The notes under the pieces were generated by a model, which saw nothing but the letters and a program-made list of their open reading frames with translations, made no database searches and had not been told where the DNA came from. A stretch of DNA of 64,000 nucleotides from an uncultured Planctomycetota bacterium (GTDB lineage: Bacteria > Planctomycetota > Planctomycetia > Gemmatales > Gemmataceae), in contig CAWKHF010000007.1 in assembly GCA_963849325.1 (NCBI GenBank), forward strand, positions 320,001-384,000, written 5' to 3'. Each line of letters starts with the position of its first letter. Within the stretch, counting starts at the first letter, position 1. Shown here one piece after another: positions 11,349 to 21,522 of the stretch. The position numbers and the translations under genes are program-made.

Positions 11349-11780
11349 ATGGGGACCGCAACGATGGGAAGGGTGCTGGTGACGGCCCGACTCGAGAACC
11401 TGGAAGACGTGTACAAGGTCGCCCAAGGTGCCTTGCCCGCCGAACAAGTGCGTGCCGGGGAAGTGACAGATGCCTTGGTCGATACGGGCGCCACGGGGCT
11501 CCGGGTGCCGCGTCGACTGATTGACCAACTTGGCCTGTCTCTGCTTCGAACGCGGCACGCTCGGACGATCGCGGGCAGCGTGGAAGTAGCAATGTACCGT
11601 GCGGTACGCCTGACCGTGCAGGGGCGTGACTGCATCAGCGATGTCGGGGAGATTGGTGACGAGTTCTCTATCGTCATCGGCCAGGTTCCGCTGGAGTTGA
11701 TGGATTGGGTGGTCGATCCGAAGCGACAGCGCCTGATGGGCAACCCCGAACACGGCGGCGAGCAGATGATCGATATCTGA
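11349..11780 (+). CDS. Retropepsin-like (clan AA) aspartyl protease
   Basis: ALVDTGAT catalytic motif; IVIGQVPLELMDWVVDP C-terminal motif. Confidence 0.88.
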   Translation: MGTATMGRVLVTARLENLEDVYKVAQGALPAEQVRAGEVTDALVDTGATGLRVPRRLIDQLGLSLLRTRHARTIAGSVEVAMYRAVRLTVQGRDCISDVGEIGDEFSIVIGQVPLELMDWVVDPKRQRLMGNPEHGGEQMIDI

Positions 11781-11787
11781 GGTGGCC

Positions 11788-11828
11788 GGTCAGAAAAAGG
11801 TGTCAGGAACTATTTTCGATCCGAAAAG
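11788..11828. repeat. GGTGTCAGGAA-family repeat, copy 2
   Basis: 41-bp direct repeat of 11090-11130. Confidence 0.8.
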
Positions 11829-12006
11829 GTTGTTACGCCGGTGGACGATTGAGGTTCGCACGTTTCGAGAATGGGATGCATCTGCCATGACCTCTCTGCT
11901 ACACTGGAGGCAGGAATAACCGTCGAAGCGGTTTCCGACCACGAACCCGTCGCTCGCACTCCGGGCTTGTGGGGAAACGGTCTCTCGCGATCTTGGATCA
12001 GCACCC

Positions 12007-13487
12007 ATGCCAGCGATCTTCCCCTGTCCGAACCCGGCCTGTACCTATGCTTTCTCGCCCGAAGCGGTCAAGGGGGCGTCGAGCCTGCGCTGTCCGCGCT
12101 GCGGGACGGTGTTTCAGTTTGGGGCAAGTCCCTCCGCTCCTCCGCGAGCCGGCGGAACGATGAAGGCTCCGGCCGTGCCGAAGCCCGCCGTTCCCCCACC
12201 CGTCGCGCCTCCTCGGCCGGTCGCAGCCGCGCCGGTCGCTCCGCCGACAGCCCCGGCCGCTGTGCCCCTCGCCGTGCCCATCGCGTCCGAGCCGTCGAAT
12301 GCTTCCCTCAATTTCAACTCGATGCCCGACATGGTGGTGCCCCGCGTTCGCCGCGAGGCGACGAAGAAACGCAAGCGGCGGCTGGGTCCGGTCCTGGCCC
12401 TCCTCGCCGTCGTCCTCGTCGGTGTCGGCGTCGCCTGGCTGGGCTGGCGCTGGTGCGCCCACTTCAACCGCGTGGCCGGGACCGAGGAGATCCCACTCGG
12501 GCGGCCAGCCTGTTCAACTGCCGCTTCGTCCTGCCCGAGGCGCCGTGGAAACGCGACAAGGACATCGAGCTGAAATTCCACGTCAACCTCGGCCTGCGCT
12601 CCCCCGAGCGCAACAACTGCATGGGTCTGTATTTCAAGGACTACAAGACCCGTCTGCCCAGCGAGGCCGAGAAGGTGGACGAGGCGCTCGGCAAACTGCG
12701 CTCCTACTTTCAGGGTCTGGAATGGGAAGTGAAATCGAACGAGAAGGCCCAGCTCGGCGGCCGTCCCGCTTTGTTGATGGAGTTCCAGGGCGAAGACGCC
12801 GAACACATCCAGATGAACGGCGAATGCTGCATCCTGGCCTTCCGCGGCTACGCCTACTGGTTTTTCACCTGGGGGCCGCTGGGAGACCAGGAGCTGATTC
12901 GTCCCGAGTGGGACGGGTTGCGCGAGCGCTTCCGTCTGCTCGACGGCCGTAAGGGCTGGACGGAAAAACCGCCCGAGACCGAAAAAGTGCAGGGTAGCAA
13001 GGCCGCGTATCAGCTGGCCTATGTGAAGGGACTGTGGACTCGTCAGCCCGCGCCGGAAGACTATGACCCCTTGGCCGACCTCGTGCTACGCGGCGACGAA
13101 CCGGACCCCGAGCGGAAAAAACACGCCAGCAAGGCGGCCACCTTGCAAGTGCTCGTGCTGCCTCCGGCGGCCGACCTCAAAGCCGCCGCTGCGGCCGCGC
13201 GGGAGTATGTCGAAAAACGGCAGAAAGAACTCTATGCCAAGATCGACGTGCAGGTCATGAAGGACAAGAATGGTGCCCCGCTCGATCGCCCCGCCGACGT
13301 CGGCAATCAGCGCGGGCAGGTGACGAAACTGTACGTGCAGCTCGACGAGGCGGAACACTTCATGGTGCTGGCCGTCGTCAAACGTCCCGAGGGCGTGCTG
13401 GTCCTCCTGGGCGATTGCCTCTGGGACCGCCGCGATTTCTGGGACCGGGAGTTCGCACCGATCCTCAACAGCCTCAAGGCCCGCTGA
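12007..13487 (+). CDS. Hypothetical membrane protein: N-terminal Zn ribbon, Pro-rich linker, TM, extracytoplasmic domain; frameshift(s) near 12445-12500
   Basis: CPNPAC...CPRCG; TM LALLAVVLVGVGVAW; continues in the frame of ORF 11871..13487 from ASLFNCRF. Confidence 0.7.
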
Positions 13488-14067
13488 CACCGCCTGGAAC
13501 CGGCCGTGGCGATGTCGCGGCCGCAGGGACAGGGGGCGGTGTCGTGGGCGTTGGCCCGCCGAGCGTGGCGCCCTGCGGTGGAGGCAACGGAGTCGGCGGC
13601 GGCAGGTCCGGCGGCGGCTCGGAAGGTGGCGTCGGCGCCGGGGCGACCGGACGCGGCGCCGCCGGTACGCCGATCGACTTGCCACGTTCACGCAGACCCT
13701 CGGCGCGCTGCCGGACGTCGTCGGGCTGGACCGTCTGCAACGGCTGCATGGTGTAATGGAGGCGGCGAACGTCGCGGACCTTGAAGGGATAGATGTTCTC
13801 GGTGATGAAATCGATGCCCGGCAATTCGTACCACGGCGGCGGATACTTTTGCGGAACATCCAGCGTCTCGTAGCCCTCCCGGATCAGACGGAATTGCTGC
13901 CTGCCGTAGTAGGTGAAGTAGCCATCGACCGGCGTGGGGCCGAGGTAGTTGCCGTTGTGATAGACCAGCGCCCCGGGTGGGTTCGACTCGATGATGAAGC
14001 GACGCTCCACGCAACCGGCCGTCAGACATCCGGTCAGCAGCAGTGCCAGGCAAGCGTTTTGCTTCAT
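13474..14067 (-). CDS. PEGA-domain lipoprotein with a Pro-rich tail
   Basis: Lipobox LTAGC; IESNPPGALVYHNGNYLGPTP...REGYE. Confidence 0.85.
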   Translation of the reverse strand: MKQNACLALLLTGCLTAGCVERRFIIESNPPGALVYHNGNYLGPTPVDGYFTYYGRQQFRLIREGYETLDVPQKYPPPWYELPGIDFITENIYPFKVRDVRRLHYTMQPLQTVQPDDVRQRAEGLRERGKSIGVPAAPRPVAPAPTPPSEPPPDLPPPTPLPPPQGATLGGPTPTTPPPVPAAATSPRPVPGGVSGP

Positions 14068-14204
14068 GGTTCTCTATCCTTGGCTCTCCGTCCCCGCGGA
14101 CGCCGGATGGCCGGTTGCTATCTTGTCAGAGAGGACTTGCCAACTCACCGGGAAAGGTGCATCCTGATACTGAGGCGGGCGTCGGCCGTCAACAGCAATC
14201 TCTC

Positions 14205-14325
14205 GAACAGGGACTAGGGAACAGGGACTAGGGACTAGGGCGCAGGGACTAGGGAATAGGGAATTCGGGAGGAGAGAAGAAGTCAGAATCTCTATTCCCT
14301 ATTCCCTAGTTCCTAATCCCTGTTC
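14205..14325. repeat. Inverted arrays of degenerate heptamer repeats
   Basis: About nine units of (A/C)NNAGGG (AACAGGG, ACTAGGG) followed by about five complementary units (CCCTATT, CCCTAGT, CCCTGTT). Confidence 0.85.
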
Positions 14326-14337
14326 AAGGGGGATGCG

Positions 14338-15681
14338 TTGAACCACTTCGATCAGATCGAGCATAGCTCCCTGACCGACGTGGGCGTCCGGCGCAGCCAC
14401 AACCAGGACAGCCACGCCATCCAGCTCGCCCGCGACGACGAACAATGGCGACAGCGCGGCCATCTGTTCCTGGTGGCCGACGGCATGGGGGCGCACGCCG
14501 TCGGCGAGAAGGCCAGCGAACAGGCGGCCGCCCTCATTCCTCACACCTATCAGAAGTACGTCCCGCAAGGTCCGGCGTCGGCCTTGCGCAAGGCGTTCGT
14601 CGAGGCCAACGCCAGCATCCACGCCTGCGGCCAGCAGAACCGCGAGTTCGAGGGCATGGGTACGACGACGACCGCCGTGCTCGTCCGTCCCGAGGGCGCC
14701 TGGGTCGGCCACGTCGGCGATAGCCGAGCTTACCGCATCCGCAACGGCGTCATCGAACAGCTCAGCTACGATCACAGCCTGGTCTGGGAATACGCTCGCC
14801 TCAAGCGCATCGATCCCGAGGAGGTACAGGACATCCCCAGCAACGTCATTCATCGCTGCCTGGGGCCGGAGCCGCTCGTTCAGGTGGACATCGAAGGCCC
14901 GCATCCGCTGCAAGCCGGCGACATCTTTCTGCTGTGCAGCGACGGCCTGAGCGGGCAGGTGAGCGATCCGGAGATCGGCGCCGTCGCCAGCGTGCTGCCG
15001 CCGGCCGAGGCGTGCCGCTTCCTCATCGACCTGGCCAACCTGCGCGGCGGGCCGGACAACATCACCGTCGTCATCGTCCGCGTCGGCGGCGTCTCCGCCG
15101 ACGCCAACGAGCCTCCCGCGTCGGCTGGCAGGCGGCGTCGTGCCTTCTGGCCGCGCATCCCCTGGTGGCCGGCGGCGCTGCTGGCCGGCACGCTGTTGGC
15201 GGTGGCGGCCGTCGATCTGCAAGTGCGGCAGGGGCACGCCATGGCCGCTGCCGCCTTCCTATTCGCCTTGGTGTCCATCGTCGCCGGGGTGGTCGGCCTG
15301 ATCCTGAACTACCGCCGCGAACGGCTGCGCTCGGCCACCGAGGACGAAGAGCTGCCGGCCCCGCGAATCCATCGTCGGGCGTCGTGCGCCATCGATCCGC
15401 CCCTGCTCGAACGCCTGACGCGGGCCGTGCAGGCGCTGCGGCAGCACGCCGACGAAAAACACTGGTCGCCGGACTGGAAGACCTATGAGGAGCATTCGAC
15501 GGCCGCGGATGAGCTGTTCCGTCAAAACGACCTGGCCGGCGCCTTCCGGGAATATTGTCGCGCCATGCTGCCGCTGACGCGGGCGCTGAGCAAACAGCGG
15601 AACAAGGAAGAGAGTTTTCGTCCGCTCTGGGAACGGCGTAACGGCAACTCCGCTCCAAACGCCTCCAAGCCGGAAGCGTAA
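14338..15681 (+). CDS. PP2C (PrpC/Stp-type) Ser/Thr phosphatase with two TM segments
   Basis: TDVGVRRSHNQD, VADGMG, GMGTT, HVGDSRAY, LCSDGL, GGPDNIT. Confidence 0.92.
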   Translation: MNHFDQIEHSSLTDVGVRRSHNQDSHAIQLARDDEQWRQRGHLFLVADGMGAHAVGEKASEQAAALIPHTYQKYVPQGPASALRKAFVEANASIHACGQQNREFEGMGTTTTAVLVRPEGAWVGHVGDSRAYRIRNGVIEQLSYDHSLVWEYARLKRIDPEEVQDIPSNVIHRCLGPEPLVQVDIEGPHPLQAGDIFLLCSDGLSGQVSDPEIGAVASVLPPAEACRFLIDLANLRGGPDNITVVIVRVGGVSADANEPPASAGRRRRAFWPRIPWWPAALLAGTLLAVAAVDLQVRQGHAMAAAAFLFALVSIVAGVVGLILNYRRERLRSATEDEELPAPRIHRRASCAIDPPLLERLTRAVQALRQHADEKHWSPDWKTYEEHSTAADELFRQNDLAGAFREYCRAMLPLTRALSKQRNKEESFRPLWERRNGNSAPNASKPEA

Positions 15682-15690
15682 GAAGCTCTC

Positions 15691-15815
15691 ACAAAAAGAG
15701 CCTCACGCAAGGCGCAAAGAACGCAAAGGAAAAGAGCAAGGAAGACCCAAGCGACTCGCGTCTATTTTTTGTCTTTCTTTGCGTTCTTTGCGCCTTTGCG
15801 TGAGGCTCTTTTTGT
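15691..15815. repeat. REP-like hairpin built from CGCAAAG-type 9-mers
   Basis: ACAAAAAGAGCCTCACGCAAGGCGCAAAGAACGCAAAG ... CTTTGCGTTCTTTGCGCCTTTGCGTGAGGCTCTTTTTGT, between convergent genes. Confidence 0.8.
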
Positions 15816-15823
15816 TACAGGCT

Positions 15824-16468
15824 TTAGGCGGACTGAGGCACGAAGCCGCGGCTGCGCCAGAAATACCACGTCGCAATCGTGCGGTAGGGACGCCACGGTT
15901 CGGCTCGCTCCCGCAGTTCGGCCCGACTGGGCAAGGCCGGCAACTGATATGTCTCCTGCACGCCCGCACGCAGGCCGAAGTCGTCCACCGGCAGCACGTC
16001 GAGCCGGCCCAGCGCGAAGATGAGAAACATTTCCGCCGTCCAGCGGCCGATGCCGCGCACCGGCACCAGGCAAGCGATCACCTCGTCGTCGCTCATCTCG
16101 GACAGGCGCTCCAACGGCAACTCGCCGCTCCCGGCTCGGCCGGCGAGATCGAGCAGCGCCTGCGCCTTGGCCCGCGACAGGCCGGCGCCGCGCAACGCCT
16201 CCTCACCCGCCGCCCTCACCCCCGCGGGCGTCAAGCCATGCGGCTGCAACGTCGTTTCGACGCGGGCGGCGATGGCTCGCGCCGCCTTGGTCGAAATCAT
16301 CTGAGCGATGATGGCCCGCACCAGGGCGGGGAACGCCTCCGCGCCCGGCTGCAGCGTGCAGGGGCCGACCAGCTTGATGAGTTGCTTCAGGATCAGGTCG
16401 CGCCGCGAGAGATGACGCTGGGCCTTGCGAAAGACGTGCGGCGGTGAAACGCTGTCGATCGGGACCAT
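15824..16468 (-). CDS. alkA: DNA-3-methyladenine glycosylase II (HhH-GPD family)
   Basis: LVRAIIAQMIS, AGLSRAK, VRGIGRWTAEMFLIF, VLPVDDFG, WRPYRT. Confidence 0.9.
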   Translation of the reverse strand: MVPIDSVSPPHVFRKAQRHLSRRDLILKQLIKLVGPCTLQPGAEAFPALVRAIIAQMISTKAARAIAARVETTLQPHGLTPAGVRAAGEEALRGAGLSRAKAQALLDLAGRAGSGELPLERLSEMSDDEVIACLVPVRGIGRWTAEMFLIFALGRLDVLPVDDFGLRAGVQETYQLPALPSRAELRERAEPWRPYRTIATWYFWRSRGFVPQSA

Positions 16469-16499
16469 CCTGTCCTCTCCCTTCCTTTCTCGCCGCCGC

Positions 16500-16515
16500 G
16501 GGCATGTGATTTGCG
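16500..16515 (+). promoter_or_regulatory. Candidate sigma-54 promoter
   Basis: GGGCATGTGATTTGCG, GG-N10-GC spacing, upstream of the gene at 16622. Confidence 0.35.
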
Positions 16516-16621
16516 ATCCTATCCCTTGATACACGCTCTTCCGCAGTGCTCGGGGCACAGGGGGCGGGAGGGCGAATCGATCCCGAAGGGACTCGCTTCA
16601 CCTCATCCAGAGAGGAGCGTT

Positions 16622-16903
16622 ATGAAAAAGCATATCGATCTGACCGAGAAAGGGACCGGATTGATGGACCCTCAGGTAATCAATCCCGGTCCCGTTCCTC
16701 CTATCGGCGGCTCGCCTGGACAACCGACGAATCCGGGTCCGGGCGATAATCCGGGACCACACATCATGCCGCCGGTGCCCGGAACGCCACGCCCTGGCGA
16801 TCCGCCTCCGGAGCCGACGATCCCCCGACCGCCCTCACCTCCACAACCGCCGCCCACGCAGCCGCCCGCAGCGCCACCAAAACCGCCGACCATGGAAGGA
16901 TGA
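16622..16903 (+). CDS. Small Pro-rich hypothetical protein
   Basis: AGAGGAG RBS; 93-aa Pro/Gly-rich product. Confidence 0.55.
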   Translation: MKKHIDLTEKGTGLMDPQVINPGPVPPIGGSPGQPTNPGPGDNPGPHIMPPVPGTPRPGDPPPEPTIPRPPSPPQPPPTQPPAAPPKPPTMEG

Positions 16904-16910
16904 AAACCCT

Positions 16911-17004
16911 TCACCACGGAAAACACGGAAGACACGGAAAAAAGAAAAGAAAGACCATTTGTGTCTCTTTTCTTTTTCCGTGTCTTCCGTGTTTTCCGTG
17001 GTGA
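16911..17004. repeat. REP-like hairpin built from CACGGAAAA-type 9-mers
   Basis: TCACCACGGAAAACACGGAAGACACGGAAA ... TTTCCGTGTCTTCCGTGTTTTCCGTGGTGA, between convergent genes. Confidence 0.85.
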
Positions 17005-17014
17005 GGCTTCCGCG

Positions 17015-17938
17015 TCAATGGCGGACGGGTGTTACCTCGACGTTGCGATACGTCAACGCCTTCGATCCCGGTTTGCGGATGTCCCAGACCAGGCCCACGA
17101 AGCTCAGCAGGCGGATCAGGTAATAGCTGATGTCGATCTCCCACCAGAAGAAGCCCTGGTTGGCCGAACTCTGGTAGTGGTGGTGATTGTTGTGCCAGCC
17201 TTCGCCCAAGGTCAGCAGCGCCAGCACGAAGTTATTGCGGCTCTCGTCGTCGGTGGCGTAGCGACGCTTGCCGAGCAGGTGGCTCAGCGAGTTGATGGCG
17301 AAGGTGGCGTGATAAACCAGGACGGTGCTGATGACGAAGCCGCAAACCAGGGCGCTCCAACCGCCGGCCGTGCCACCCGTAGCCCAGCCGATCAGGAAGC
17401 AGGCGACGGCCAAAAGCACGCCCGGCACCCAGTGCAAGCGGTCCAGCCAGCGCAGCTCCGGATAGCGCGCCCAGTCGCGGATGACGTGCCAGGGCGTGTC
17501 CGTGTGCTCGTCGGACAGGATCCAGCCCAGGTGCGACCACCAGAAGCTGGTCACGTGCGGCGAATGCGGATCGTCCGGCGTATCGGAGAAGCGATGGTGC
17601 TGCCGGTGGTGCGACGCCCACCACAGCGGCCCCTTCTGCAAGGCGCTACAGCCGAGGCAGGCGATGAGGAACTGCATGACGCGGCTGGTCTTGTAGGAGC
17701 GGTGGGCGAAGTAGCGATGATAGCCGCCCGTGATGCCGAACATGCGCACGAAGTAGAAGACGCCGCACAGCAGCAAGGCAGTGGCATCGACGCCGGTGAA
17801 CAGGACAGCGAGGCAAGCCACGTGCAAACCGATGAACGGCAAGCACTTTAGCTCATTGGGCAGCAGGGAGGAAGATCGGGACTGTTGCTTTCGCACTAGG
17901 GCGGCTGGGCGGACGAAGGGAGAAGCGACCGTACTCAT
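17015..17938 (-). CDS. Delta-9-type fatty acid (acyl-CoA/lipid) desaturase
   Basis: His boxes HRYFAH, HRQHH and WHNNHH; INSLSH. Confidence 0.93.
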   Translation of the reverse strand: MSTVASPFVRPAALVRKQQSRSSSLLPNELKCLPFIGLHVACLAVLFTGVDATALLLCGVFYFVRMFGITGGYHRYFAHRSYKTSRVMQFLIACLGCSALQKGPLWWASHHRQHHRFSDTPDDPHSPHVTSFWWSHLGWILSDEHTDTPWHVIRDWARYPELRWLDRLHWVPGVLLAVACFLIGWATGGTAGGWSALVCGFVISTVLVYHATFAINSLSHLLGKRRYATDDESRNNFVLALLTLGEGWHNNHHHYQSSANQGFFWWEIDISYYLIRLLSFVGLVWDIRKPGSKALTYRNVEVTPVRH

Positions 17939-18020
17939 GACTCGTTCCTTGATCGAAGCGAAGAAAGACCCCCGAACCCCTGGGGGCGTGCGCGATTGGC
18001 AAGAGCGGGCGGTCTCGGGA

Positions 18021-18224
18021 CTAGGGCTTGCGCGGTCCAGCCTTGGCCTTACGAATGGCACTCTGTTTGCGCAACTCCGCGCGGCGTCGCGCCTCGCAGG
18101 GCTTCTCGTAGTATTTCCGTTTTCGCAGTTCCTTCTGAATTCCGCTGCGTTCGAGCAGCTTCTTGAACCGTCGCAGAGCCAGGCCGATCGGCTCTCGTTC
18201 GTGGACGCGCATCCGTAAGGGCAT
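18021..18224 (-). CDS. rpsU: 30S ribosomal protein S21
   Basis: EPIGLALRRFKK...ELRKRKYYEKP. Confidence 0.93.
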   Translation of the reverse strand: MPLRMRVHEREPIGLALRRFKKLLERSGIQKELRKRKYYEKPCEARRRAELRKQSAIRKAKAGPRKP

Positions 18225-18426
18225 ACCTTCTCCTGACCAGTGTTTCTCTCGCGGGAAGCCTCTCGTCTCCACGCCGCACGCGGCGGAAACGTCCTCAACC
18301 GAAATAAGGACGACTATCCCCTATAATCTCGTTGTAGCACATTGGTCCCTGTCTGAAAAGTCCTTCTGCTCCCCGGGAGGCACGAGAACGGCTTGTGGAT
18401 ACAGCGGAGGAGGATAAAAGGGCTGT

Positions 18427-21234
18427 TTAGGGCTTGGCGGAGGTCTGGTCGATTTCCTTCCAGAACTGCGCGACCGGCTGGCCGTTGATCTGTTGGAGGT
18501 TTTTGAGAGAGCGCAGGATGGCGCGATTCTTCTCCTCCGAAACGTCACAGAAGAGATTCCGGAGCGACATCCCGCGCAGCGGCGACAGGTCGGTGACGTG
18601 GGTCCGGCGGATGGCCAGAAAGATAAGGGGCATTCCCTGAAGCGGAGAAAGCTCCACGACGCCCGTGCCCTCACAAAGCAGCCGGTTCAGGGGCATTCCG
18701 CGCAAGGGCGAAAGGTCCGTGATGCCGTTGTTGCCGCTGCAAGACAAGAGGTTTAGGCTCATGCCCTTGAGAGGCGACAGGTCCGCGATCGAGTTGTTCC
18801 CGCACTGGAGTTGTTTTAAGGGCATTCCCCGCAGCGGCGAAAGGTCGGCGACGTGCGCGAAGCTGCAATTGAGGTGGATCAGTCTCATGCCCCGCAGCGG
18901 CGACAGGTCCGCGAGGCGTCTCTTGCGAACCCCCTTCCCCCCCGGACACAGAAGGGTACGCAAACGCGGCAGGGCATGCACCGGACTGATGTCCGTGATG
19001 TGATCGCTGGAAAACTCCAGGCGGATGACGGCCCCGTCTTCCTCGGCCCAATCGACGATCTGGCCGTCGAACCCGAGGTTGCGTTTCTTCAACTCCTCGG
19101 CGACGGCCTGGACCTGCTCGGGCGGCTTGCGGGCCGCCACCGTCGTACTCCAGGCGAAGAAGTTGGCTCGCTCCGCGTCCACCTGCTTCCAGAACTCGGC
19201 CGCCGGCTGGCCATTGATCGTGGCCAGCGTCTTCAGGGAACGCAAGAGATCCGTATCGCGCCAGGGTTTGAAGTCGCACGTCAGGTTGCGGAGCGGCGCT
19301 TGGTGCAGCGGCGACAGGTCCGTGACCGGACAGCTGACGCAATTCAACTGGGTCAGCGGCATCCCCTGGAGGGGCGACAGGTCCGAGACGCCGGAGCCGT
19401 TGAGTCCGAGGATTTCCAGGCGCATGCCTTTCAAGGCCGACAGGTCCGCGACCTTCGTGGACGAAAGGCCCAACGTGGTCAGGCCCATGTCCTGGAGCGG
19501 CGACAGGTCCGCGAGAGGGCGCCGGTGCAGTACAGGGCGGTCAGGGGCATGTCCTTGAGCGGCGACAGGTCCGTAATCGGGTTCTCCCCACAAGCCAGGA
19601 TGGACAGGCGCATGCCCTTGAGCGGCGACAGGTCCGACAGCCGACCCTTGCCCGCCGCGCTGCCCCGGCAGTCGAGTTGTTTCAAGCCCGGCAGCGCACG
19701 CACCGGGCTGATGTCGGTCACGCGATCGGTCCCGAACTCCAGCCGGACGACGACACCCTTCTCGATGGTGGACTTGACGGCACCATCGAAGCCGGGGTTG
19801 CGTCGTTTGAGTCTGACGGCGACCTCCTCGACCTGCCTGTCGGCGGGGAGGTCGGCGACGTGCCGCAGCCAGTCGTCGAAGGTCTGGACGGCCGGTTGCT
19901 CCTTTCTTTCCCGTGTCAGGACCGCGGATGGCGGCTCGGTCGTGGCTGGGGTCGTCCCGCCCGAATGGAACAGGAGTAGGCCAATCAGCCCCAGGATCAC
20001 CGCGAGGCCGGCGACGACCGGCCACATCCAGCGCCGTTTCTTGGCTGCTCGCCGTTGCCCCGAGGACGAACTCGTCTCGACCGTGGCCGGCGTCGAAATA
20101 ATGGACGACCAACTCGGGGCGGTATCCTCCATCGCCCGCGCCGGCGTCGCGGCCGGCGCGAACGTCTGCGTCACCGATACGGCGGAAGCGGCCAGAGCGC
20201 TCGGATCGAGGGTCAGGGCGGCGGCCGCCTCCGCCGGCGTCTGATAGCGCTCCTCGGGACGCTTGGCCATCAGCCGCCGCGCGATGGCGGCGACCGCCGG
20301 CGGCACGTCCGGACGCAATTGCTCCAGCGGCGTCGGCTGATCGAACTGGTGCCGGAGCAGTTTCTCGGTCGAACTGCCAACGGGGAAGGGCACGCGGCCG
20401 GCGAGCAGATAATAGAGGGTACAACCCAGGCTGTACAGATCGGCCCGCGTGTCGGCGGTATGAGCGTTCCGCGCCTGCTCGGGCGCGATGTAGTCCAGCG
20501 TTCCCATGACGACGCCTTCCTGCGTCATGATGCTGGCGGCTTCGCCCGCCTCGTCGGTCTGATTCAGCCGCGCCAATCCCATGTCGAGGACTTTGATGAG
20601 GGCGTGTCCGTCGCTGGTCCGCGACAGCAGGAGATTGTGCGGCTTGACGTCGCGGTGGACCAGGCCGCGCTCGAAGGCGTGCTGAAGTCCCAGCGCCGCC
20701 TGGCGGACATAGTCGCAAGCGTCGCGCACCGTCAAGGGTCCGTGCTGCTTGACGAAGCGGGCCAGGTCAACGCCCTCGACGTACTCCATGACGAGGAAAT
20801 GCTTGCCGCCGGCCTCGTCGCAGTCGTAAGCGTGGACGACGTTGGCGTGGTTGAGCTGAGCGGCGGCGCGGACCTCGCGCTGAAAGCGACGCACGGCGTC
20901 GGGGTCGGTCAAGCGTTCCGCGCGGACGAGCTTGAGGGCGACGGTCTTGCCCAGCTTCCAGTTGCGGGCCTTGAAAACCTCGCCCATGCCGCCGGCGCCC
21001 AGCCGCTCGACCAGGACGTACGATCCCAGCAGCAACTCGTCGGCGCGTCCCAGGAAGAGCTGGTTAACTTGGTAGGGCGTCAGCCAGTTGCGGCGGATGA
21101 GTTCGGCAGCCAGGGCGGCGCGGTTCGGACGGATGGGCCGTCAGCCGGCCAGTGAGTTCGTCCAGCTGCGCCGGCTCCAGCAAGTGGCTCTGGCGGAGGA
21201 CTTCGGCGAGATCGGTGACGGAGTCCACGGGCAT
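18427..21234 (-). CDS. Hanks-type Ser/Thr kinase with a TM and extracytoplasmic LRR domains, frameshifts near 21120 and 19515
   Basis: LGAGGMGEV, ALK, HRDVKPHN, DMGLAR, GTLDYIAPEQ; many DLSPLxGMxL repeats. Confidence 0.88.
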
Positions 21235-21374
21235 CACACCGTCTCGGACGACGACTGTCGAACACGGCTTGAAACTCAGGGATGATTGTAACGGGGAGAG
21301 GGAGGAGAAACCAGTGCCCAGGCCAGCGCTGTCTTTCGGAGCCGGAAGCGTGAGCGACGGATGCTCTTCGCTTA

Positions 21375-21496
21375 TTACCCTGGCACGAAAGAAGCTCACG
21401 GGTCTGTGGCGGCACGTTTTCAACTTGCCGAGAAGATGCCGGCACGTTGGAAACGTGCCGCCACAACTCCGTGACCTACTTTCCGGCCGGCGTAAT
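21375..21496. repeat. Nested REP-like palindrome
   Basis: Core TGTGGCGGCACGTTTTCAAC...GTTGGAAACGTGCCGCCACA at 21405-21465, inside an imperfect outer inverted repeat TTAC...TCACGG / CCGTGA...GTAA. Confidence 0.7.
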
Positions 21497-21522
21497 TCGC
21501 TTCCGGCTCTGTTCTTATCGGT

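Noticed and set aside
11349-11780. Retroelement origin of the retropepsin-like gene
   Set aside because: No reverse transcriptase or integrase nearby; stand-alone clan AA proteases are common in bacteria
14205-17004. CRISPR array
   Set aside because: The repeats are 7-9-nt tandem units or palindromes without unique spacers, and there are no cas genes
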